NCBI GenBank assembly: GCA_038320275.1
Contig: JBBQEB010000017.1
Location: 1-35,429, forward strand
DNA: 35,429 nt
Direction: 5' to 3'
Source of the DNA: Myxococcales bacterium
Lineage (GTDB): Bacteria; Myxococcota; Myxococcia; Myxococcales; Anaeromyxobacteraceae
The notes under the pieces: generated by a model
Told to the model about the DNA's origin: nothing
Databases searched by the model: none
Seen by the model: the letters and a program-made list of their open reading frames with translations, nothing else
Translations under genes and position numbers: made by a program
Shown: positions 29,392 through 35,429 of the stretch, piece after piece
Layout: each line of letters opens with the position of its first letter
Position numbering within the stretch: position 1 is the stretch's first letter

Positions 29392-30708
29392 CTACCCGCC
29401 GCGGCTGATCCGCTCGGCCACCACGTCGTGGTTGAGCCACTGCACGGGCCCTGGCGGCTGCCACGAGCTGTCGAACATGAGCTGGCCCACCGCGTCGAAG
29501 ACGGAGCGCGACAGCTCGGCGACGATGGGGGACCTCACGTCGGCGCTCATCGCGAAGAGCTCTGCGGAGGCTGCGAGCATCACCTCCATCTGCTCGGCCG
29601 TGCTGGGCTGTGGCCAGCCGGCGGGGTCGCGCATGCCGGCGAGAGCCGGCGAGGATAGGTACGCCGCGGCGCGTGCGAGCATGCCCTCCACCGTGGCGCC
29701 CGGCTTCAGCAGGGCCGCGCAGCGGCGCCAGAGGTCGTCCGCAATGGAGGGATTGCCGCCTGCGCGCCGCACCGCCTCGAGGAGTGGGTACAGCGAGATC
29801 TCCACGCCCAGGAAGAGCGCGCTCGACGAGGTGGAGATCTCGGGGGCATTGAAGACGGTGCATTGCACGCCCTCGCGCCAGGCCTCGTCGGCGACCCGCT
29901 CGAGGAGGAGCTTCGCCCAGCCCTGCAGGTAGGGCACGTAGCTCTGCCATGTGAACTGTCCGTCGATGAGGACCTCGCAGCCGTGATACCCGTAGGCGAC
30001 GTAGCGGACGCGGGCCTCACCGGCGCGCGCGCGCAGGCTGGCCGTGGCGCGGACGAGGCGCTCGAGGGTGCGCCCTGTCACCTCCTCGAAGCTCGCGGCC
30101 CACAAGCGCCCGAGCTCGCTCCCCCAGAACTCGCCGGACGGCAGGTACTTCTCGCCGGTGCCGCGGAAGATCCGGTTCACGAGCGGCATGAAGATGCGCC
30201 CGCGCGGGAAGCCGCCGGCCATGGTGTGGACGAAGAGCACGTTCGCCGTTGCCGGCACGAACCGCTCGAGCTCCTCCGCGAACTGAGCCGCAGCGGCCTC
30301 GAAGCGACGGGCGCCCGCCTCCTGTGAGCGCCGGATGAGCTCCCAGTCGAGCCGCACCTCGCGCCACCCATCGTGCCGGTGCGCCTTCATCTGCTCGACC
30401 GGGGAGGGAAGGCCGGGGCCGGCCGGCTCGAGGTCGAACCCTGCCTCGAGCGGCACGTTCACGATGCGTCCACCGAGCCGCGCCGCTGCCTCGCCCAGCT
30501 CGACCTCCGTCAGCGGGCGCAGGAGCCCGCCGTCGTCGCGCCGCCCCACCGTGGCGCCCACCACGGTCATGCCCGCCCGGCGGGCCACGTCGACGATGCC
30601 GTTCGCGTAGCCCCGCCCGAACAGCTCGCCAAGGAGTACCAGCACGTCTCCGGGCCCCCAGCCGCCGCGCGGTGGGAGGGTTCGCAGGGAGCGGTCGATC
30701 GTGGACAT
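29392..30708 (-). CDS. FabMG-family enoyl-ACP reductase
   Basis: Recognised family motifs: GDV.VL.GELFGRGYANG, TVGRRD, NVPLEAGFDL, HTMAGG.PR, YVAYGYHG, WQSY.PY.QG.AK..LE and SS..F.GVE. Confidence 0.8.
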   Translation of the reverse strand: MSTIDRSLRTLPPRGGWGPGDVLVLLGELFGRGYANGIVDVARRAGMTVVGATVGRRDDGGLLRPLTEVELGEAAARLGGRIVNVPLEAGFDLEPAGPGLPSPVEQMKAHRHDGWREVRLDWELIRRSQEAGARRFEAAAAQFAEELERFVPATANVLFVHTMAGGFPRGRIFMPLVNRIFRGTGEKYLPSGEFWGSELGRLWAASFEEVTGRTLERLVRATASLRARAGEARVRYVAYGYHGCEVLIDGQFTWQSYVPYLQGWAKLLLERVADEAWREGVQCTVFNAPEISTSSSALFLGVEISLYPLLEAVRRAGGNPSIADDLWRRCAALLKPGATVEGMLARAAAYLSSPALAGMRDPAGWPQPSTAEQMEVMLAASAELFAMSADVRSPIVAELSRSVFDAVGQLMFDSSWQPPGPVQWLNHDVVAERISRGG

Positions 30709-30811
30709 GTGGCTTTCCTAACCCGCGCCGCGCTGGCCCCGCCCGCCTCTCGCCGAGGGCGGCGCGGCAGCGAACCTTTCCACGGCGAGACGGACGAGGC
30801 ACACTCTGCCC

Positions 30812-31387
30812 GTGTCGCGCATCGCCCTCGGCTTCATCGCGCTCCTCCTGTTTCTCGTCGCCGTCCCCGTGCTGCTCGCGTGGAGCGGCGCGAGGCGGCG
30901 CCTGCGCGTCGGCCGCGCCTCGGGCGCGGTGGTGCTCCGCATGCCTCGGGGCCACAACGTGATCCTCGCCATGATCGCCATCGTGCCGTGTGGGGCCTTT
31001 GCGGTGCTGGCGCTCGCTGTAGCCTGGCGGCCGGGTGCGAACGGCTGGGTGCTGGGGCTGCTCATGGGGCTGCTCGGGTCGGGGCTCGGCGGCTACTTCC
31101 TCGCTCTCGAGGCGCGCGGGCGCATCCGCCTCGATGATTTCACCATCGAGCGGGTGGGCGCCCTCACCCGGCGCCGCTGCGCGTGGGACCGCGTGTCCAA
31201 GATCACCTTCAACCCGGTTCACAACTGGTTCTTCCTCACGCTGGCGAGCGGCGCGACGCTGTACGTCACCGAAGGCATGGACGGGCTCGCCGACTTCGCG
31301 GACCTGGCCCTTCGCAGGCTGCCGCCTCGCGTCCTCGCGGCCAGCCCCGATGCGGTCGAGGCGTTGCGCGAGCTGTCGGCGAGCTGA
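30812..31387 (+). CDS. Membrane protein (3 TM) with C-terminal bacterial PH-like domain
   Basis: Three hydrophobic segments, then a beta-rich domain with the R..W..V..I pattern. Genome-typical codon usage. Confidence 0.6.
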   Translation: MSRIALGFIALLLFLVAVPVLLAWSGARRRLRVGRASGAVVLRMPRGHNVILAMIAIVPCGAFAVLALAVAWRPGANGWVLGLLMGLLGSGLGGYFLALEARGRIRLDDFTIERVGALTRRRCAWDRVSKITFNPVHNWFFLTLASGATLYVTEGMDGLADFADLALRRLPPRVLAASPDAVEALRELSAS

Positions 31388-31570
31388 GCGCGCCCGGGCC
31401 TCGCGAGCAAAAAGCCCGGTTGCGAACCCCCACGCCCCCCGCGGACCGACTCGCGGCGAGCGCGCTTGGCCGGCGAGGCGCGCAGCTCCGTGGGAAGCGC
31501 CTCGGCCTGGTGCGGTCCCTTTCTGCTTTTGGACCGCGGCTGGCGAGGATGCCTGGCAAGGCTCGCTGCC

Positions 31571-31609
31571 TTGTGGACGTGCTCGCGCCCGGTTATACCT
31601 AAAGTATGA
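31571..31609 (+). promoter_or_regulatory. Leaderless-type promoter and autoregulatory palindrome of the mazEF-like operon
   Basis: TTGTGG-N17-TATACC 6 nt before the ATG. Imperfect inverted repeat TTATAC-ctaaa-GTATGA overlaps the start. Confidence 0.55.
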
Positions 31610-31842
31610 AAACGGCCATCTCGCTCCCGGACGCCATCTTCCGCGAGGCCGAGGTTCTGGCGCGGCGCTTGAAAAAGTCACGCAGCCAGCTCTACCAAGA
31701 GGCCGTTGCCGAGTACGTGGCTCGCCACGAGCCCGAGGCCGTCACCGACGCCCTGAACTGGTTGGTCCAGGAAGTCGACACGAGGCCGGACGGTTTCACG
31801 AGCGCCGCGGCACGGCGCGTTCTCCGGCGTTCCGAGTGGTGA
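31606..31842 (+). CDS. Ribbon-helix-helix antitoxin (MazE6/ChpI-like)
   Basis: MKTAISLPD.IF..AE.LA....SRSQLY..A..EY ... VT..LN ... EW. Confidence 0.88.
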   Translation: MKTAISLPDAIFREAEVLARRLKKSRSQLYQEAVAEYVARHEPEAVTDALNWLVQEVDTRPDGFTSAAARRVLRRSEW

Positions 31843-32180
31843 TCGCCCAGGGCGATGTCTGTTGGGCGGACCTCACCGACCCGCTGGGTTCCGGGCCGGG
31901 GTTCCGGAGGCCGGTCGTCGTCGTCCAGGGCGACGCCTTCAACCGCAGCCGTATCGCGACGGTCGTCTGCGTGCCGCTCACGAGCAACATCAAGTGGGGC
32001 GAGGCGCCGGGCAACGTCCTCGTTCGTGCCAGCTCGTCCGGCCTGTCGAGGGACTCCGTTGCCAACGTGTCCCAGATCGTCACGCTCGACCGGGATCTGC
32101 TGACGGAACGGGTGGGCCGGCTCTCGAAGAGGCAGCTCGAGCTCGTGTTCTCTGGCCTGGACATCGTGATGGGCAGGTAG
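31839..32180 (+). CDS. mazF: PemK/MazF-family endoribonuclease toxin
   Basis: QGD..WADL..P.GS.PG.RRPVVVVQ.D.FN.S, VPLTSN, PGNV and DSVANVSQI.TLD. GTGA overlap with the antitoxin. Confidence 0.9.
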   Translation: MIAQGDVCWADLTDPLGSGPGFRRPVVVVQGDAFNRSRIATVVCVPLTSNIKWGEAPGNVLVRASSSGLSRDSVANVSQIVTLDRDLLTERVGRLSKRQLELVFSGLDIVMGR

Positions 32181-32267
32181 TCCCCGCTGGCAACGTGTCA
32201 CCGGCAGGCGTCCCGCTGAAGCTGAACCACCACGACCCCAAAAGGAATGAGGCTTGCGACGCCTGCC

Positions 32268-32366
32268 GCATCCTCACGCACCGTCCAGTCGATCTCGGGA
32301 ACGTAGCGGGCGCCGGCGCTTGCCGTCCACCTTGAACCAATCCCTCTTGTTCCAGACGATATGGCC
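32268..32366 (-). pseudogene. Probable frameshifted remnant of a large serine recombinase (Recombinase domain)
   Basis: Translates GHIVWNKRDWFKVDGKRRRPLR, then after a one-base shift PEIDWTVRED, resembling the G..VWN+......GKR....RP..EW signature. Confidence 0.45.
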
Positions 32367-32390
32367 CGGGTCCAGACCCTGTTCTCCTCC

Positions 32391-33089
32391 TCAGGAGGCC
32401 GCGCCCCGCAGCCCGAGCGACGGCAGCAGGTCGGCCAGCGAGCCGATCTCGGCGTCCGGTCCCTCGCCGAGCCGCTCGCGCGGTTGGCCGGTCCGGTTGC
32501 ACCACGCGACCCGGAGCCCGAAAGCTTTGGCTCCCCAGGCGTCCCAGCCGTTGGCGGAGACGAAGACCACCTCTGCCGGCTTCACGGAGAGGCGGTCGCA
32601 GGCCAGCCGATAGACGCTGGGGTGCGGCTTGTAGATGCCTACCTCCTCGACCGAGAGAACGAGATCGAGGAGCCCTTCGAGCCGGGCGCTCCTGGCGGCC
32701 AAGGCCAACATCACTGGCGCGCCGTTGGAGAGGATGGCGGTCTTCAGGCCGGCCCTGCGGAGCCGGTCGAGCGTTCCCTCGGCGTCCGGGTAGGCGCCGA
32801 GCCGTGCGTAGCAGTCCATGAGCCGCGTCCTCGAGTCGGGCTCGTTGATCCCCAGCGCCTCCATGGCGAAGTCGAGCGCGTCGCCGGTGACCACCCAGAA
32901 GTCGGCGTGCTTGCCCATGAGCGCGCGCAGCCAGCTGTACTGGAGCTGCTTCTGGCGCCACAGGTCGGCGAGGGGCTGCCAGCGGTCCCCCAGCACGTCC
33001 TTCGCCGCGGCGGCCGCGGAGGCCACGTCGAAGAGGGTCCCGTAGGCGTCGAATACCACTGCGCGTGCGCCGTCGAGCGTGGCCGGCAT
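32391..33089 (-). CDS. L-2-haloacid dehalogenase (HAD type II)
   Basis: FDAYGTLFDV, WR.KQLQYSW, ILSNG, YKPHP..Y and FVSANGWD..GA..FG...W.NR. Confidence 0.92.
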   Translation of the reverse strand: MPATLDGARAVVFDAYGTLFDVASAAAAAKDVLGDRWQPLADLWRQKQLQYSWLRALMGKHADFWVVTGDALDFAMEALGINEPDSRTRLMDCYARLGAYPDAEGTLDRLRRAGLKTAILSNGAPVMLALAARSARLEGLLDLVLSVEEVGIYKPHPSVYRLACDRLSVKPAEVVFVSANGWDAWGAKAFGLRVAWCNRTGQPRERLGEGPDAEIGSLADLLPSLGLRGAAS

Positions 33090-33175
33090 TGGACGTTGAT
33101 CCTAACACGAAGGGTCAACCAGAGGCCCACCCGGCGCGGAGCGAGCCGCCGGCGCGTGCTCACCTCGTCGGCGCC

Positions 33176-33457
33176 ATGCAGCCTGTCCCCGCACTCCTGG
33201 CGCTCGCGGCCCTCGCCTGTGCCTCGACCGCGCCACATACCGCGGCCTCGGCCGCGCTGAACGGGGTGCTCGCGGTGGGCGCCTCCGCTCCCTCCCGAGC
33301 TGCCGAAAGCCGACAGGCCCTAGCCTGCCGCGCCGCACGCGGTCGGCCACCCGGCTCGCCCCGCACCGCTGGCTCCCCCCGCGAGAACGGAGAATCGCGG
33401 CTCGTGGGCGACGGAGCAGGCAGGGGTCATCGAGCAGCGTGCGCGATGGACTCGTAA
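33176..33457 (+). CDS. Small putative lipoprotein, possibly degenerate after ~40 codons
   Basis: MQPVPALLALAALAC lipobox and an Ala-rich segment. The C-terminal half has poor codon bias. Confidence 0.3.
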   Translation: MQPVPALLALAALACASTAPHTAASAALNGVLAVGASAPSRAAESRQALACRAARGRPPGSPRTAGSPRENGESRLVGDGAGRGHRAACAMDS

Positions 33458-34065
33458 ACCTTCTCGAGACCATCCACGCCTTCGAGCGCCTTGACCGCGC
33501 TCCGCTCCGTTGCCTTCAGCCGCCCCGATGCGACGGCGCGCTGCACGTCGGCGAGTTGGCGAACGAAGGTTTGCGCAGCCCGCGACCCGGCGATCGGAGG
33601 ACCGGTGGACATGGGGGTCCAGATTGCCATCGTCTGGCTGAACGCCGTCCGAGCTTCGGCAAGATCACCGGACACCGCTGCCAGGTCGATCTGGCGCAGC
33701 ATCACATCGAGCTGCATCACGCTGGTTGGCACCGTCGGACGGAACGGCTCGTAGAACCCGACGACAGCAGCAGCCAACCTGTTCGCCGCCCGGCGCGTTG
33801 CAAGCGCCTGGCGGTGCTGAGTGGCGGTCTGCGCATCAGCGAGGGCCCGGGTAGCCGCGGCGTGAGCCGACGCAGGTGCCATCCGTGGCTGCTCCCCCAG
33901 GGCCCGCTCACCTTCCCTCTCCAGCGCGGCCACCTTGACCCAGTCGTGGCCTACCACCGCATCGTCGAGGGCTTCCGCAACGTGTTCGAGCTTGACGAGG
34001 GCTGCTGGAACGGGAGCCCCCGCGGCAACCGCCAGCGCCATCCGAAGCACCCATGCGCAGACCAT
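33427..34065 (-). CDS. Hypothetical helical, probably secreted protein
   Basis: Ala-rich amphipathic helices (AEALDD....DW, AANRL...., VPT.V..LD...R.I). Start uncertain (ATG 34065 or 34041). Confidence 0.55.
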   Translation of the reverse strand: MVCAWVLRMALAVAAGAPVPAALVKLEHVAEALDDAVVGHDWVKVAALEREGERALGEQPRMAPASAHAAATRALADAQTATQHRQALATRRAANRLAAAVVGFYEPFRPTVPTSVMQLDVMLRQIDLAAVSGDLAEARTAFSQTMAIWTPMSTGPPIAGSRAAQTFVRQLADVQRAVASGRLKATERSAVKALEGVDGLEKVYESIAHAAR

Positions 34066-34172
34066 GCAGGACGTATCGGCACATGAGCCCAGCGGCGCAA
34101 CAGGATCGGCTCCGCTCGAGAGGCCTGCCTCCGGACGGAAGTCCGATACCAACCGAGCAGAAGTACCGACCC

Positions 34173-34946
34173 TCACGCACGCTGGCCGCTCCCCGGGTGC
34201 TCTCCCGGTCGCTGTGGGAAGACCAGGATGCAGAGAACGATGAACGCAAGAAGCACTGCGGATGCAGTGTACCGGCTCACCGCAAGGCCACCGGCAGCGC
34301 GCGGCTTGTCGAGGAAGTCGCCGACGACAGCACCGAGAGGTCGGGTCAGGATGAAGGCGGTCCAGAAGAGCGCGACCCTCGAGATCGAGGTCCAGAGGTA
34401 CGCCGCGACCACCACGGCGAGGAGGGCACCGAATATCAGCGCTGCGCCACGGTATCCGAGGCCGGCAGAGCCTGCCATCCAGTCGCCCAGGGCGGTGCCC
34501 AGGGTCTGCGAAAAGGTGATCGTCATCCAGTAGAAGAACTCGGTCCGTGGAGAGGTCACGGTGTCGACGGAGACCGACCCAAGGACTCGGTGCCACAGCG
34601 CCAGAGAGCAGAGGAGGAGCAGCAGCAGCAACGTGGATCCGCCCGCGTAGCCGATGCCAAGCGAACGGTCGGCGAAGTCGGCCATCGTCGTTCCCACCGT
34701 GGTCGTGGCAACGATGGTCATCCAGTAGATGAAGGGGTTGAACCGTTCGGCCTGCATCTGAACGATCACGGTCGCGACGAGCAGGGCGGCGAAGATGAGG
34801 GTTGCGACGAGATACCCGAGGTGCATCGACATCGAGACTGCGTCGCCGCCCGTCTCACCCAGCGTCGTTGCGGCGATCTTGATGACCCAGAACAACAGCG
34901 TCAGTTGTGGCACCTTGGTCGCGGCGCCCTTCACCACCTCCTTCAC
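34173..34946 (-). CDS. COG4705 / DUF347-repeat membrane protein
   Basis: KVP..T..FW.IKI.ATTLGETGGD, YW..I.A....GT..AD, EFFYW..I..SQTLGTALGD and FW.AFILTRPLGA..GD.LDKP...GGL. AAGGAGG SD. Confidence 0.9.
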   Translation of the reverse strand: MKEVVKGAATKVPQLTLLFWVIKIAATTLGETGGDAVSMSMHLGYLVATLIFAALLVATVIVQMQAERFNPFIYWMTIVATTTVGTTMADFADRSLGIGYAGGSTLLLLLLLCSLALWHRVLGSVSVDTVTSPRTEFFYWMTITFSQTLGTALGDWMAGSAGLGYRGAALIFGALLAVVVAAYLWTSISRVALFWTAFILTRPLGAVVGDFLDKPRAAGGLAVSRYTASAVLLAFIVLCILVFPQRPGEHPGSGQRA

Positions 34947-35347
34947 GGACGTCCTCCTTCGATCGCGTGGGTCGTCCAGAGCTCAGAAGCTGAGCTCTCA
35001 GGAGCCGCGGGCGGGCGCTCGTGCAGGAGGTCCTCACCTCGCAGCCGACGCTCTCGCGGCTCAGGCGTATGTTCGCGGGCGAGGAGAACCGCAAGGTCCT
35101 GCGAGAGAGCTCGACCGACGCGGCCACACGGGGTGTGAAAGCGGGCCCTCAGCGCCATCGCATGCGCTGCGCCTCGGTCGACGTGAATGCTTGCCCGCAT
35201 GGAGCGTTCGCTTGTCCGGCGAGCACGGGCGAGGCAGGCCGCCTTCGCCGTGTACAGGTTCCTCTCATTACACCCTGTCGACCGGCGTAGGGGTTCGGGG
35301 AAGGCGACAGGGGGAAGACGCGGCCACTGCGGACAAGAGTGAGACAC

Positions 35348-35429
35348 ATGGCGGATAACGGCAAATCAGAGGTGAACAGATTTGTCTATTACGCCGTGGG
35401 CGTTGCTGCCCTCGGCGGCCTGCTCTTTG
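35348..35429 (+). CDS. N-terminus of a sugar porter (MFS) family transporter, 3'-truncated by the window edge
   Basis: MADNGKSEVNRFVYYAVGVAALGGLLF matches the TM1 AALGGLLFG(Y/F)D signature. Confidence 0.7.
   Translation, partial: MADNGKSEVNRFVYYAVGVAALGGLLF

Noticed and set aside
31035..31838. N-terminal extension of MazF (381-aa ORF)
   Set aside because: Off-frame overlap of two other genes. The toxin begins at the coupled GTG 31839.

Overview
High-GC bacterial chromosomal window that looks like Myxococcota (Anaeromyxobacter-like; inferred from gene content and codon bias). Positions 1-25.4 kb are mostly core genes: a partial 23S rRNA m5U methyltransferase, a ModF-like twin ABC ATPase head-to-head with a CoxE-type VWA gene, miaB, VanZ, a gamma-carbonic anhydrase, DedA, guaBA and a Cys-rich VWA lipoprotein. 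They continue with a TPR/FadD/SCP2/CoA-transferase lipid cluster coupled to an outer-membrane protein plus Zn/Mn ABC importer, a large PHP-type (CehA/McbA-like) metallohydrolase lipoprotein, and an ATP-dependent DNA ligase with a ~97-aa insertion. From the initiator tRNA-Met onward the region looks accessory: two type II TA modules, CIA30 + atypical SDR, DUF427, a FabMG-type enoyl-ACP reductase, an L-2-haloacid dehalogenase, DUF347/COG4705, gene scraps (including a probable large serine recombinase remnant) and the start of a sugar porter. Most notable are a MITE-like element inside the metal-ABC operon, the lipid module, the ligase insertion, pervasive leaderless-type promoters and several operator-like palindromes. 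All family assignments come from motif recognition, not database searches. No CRISPR array, intact integrase or transposase was seen.
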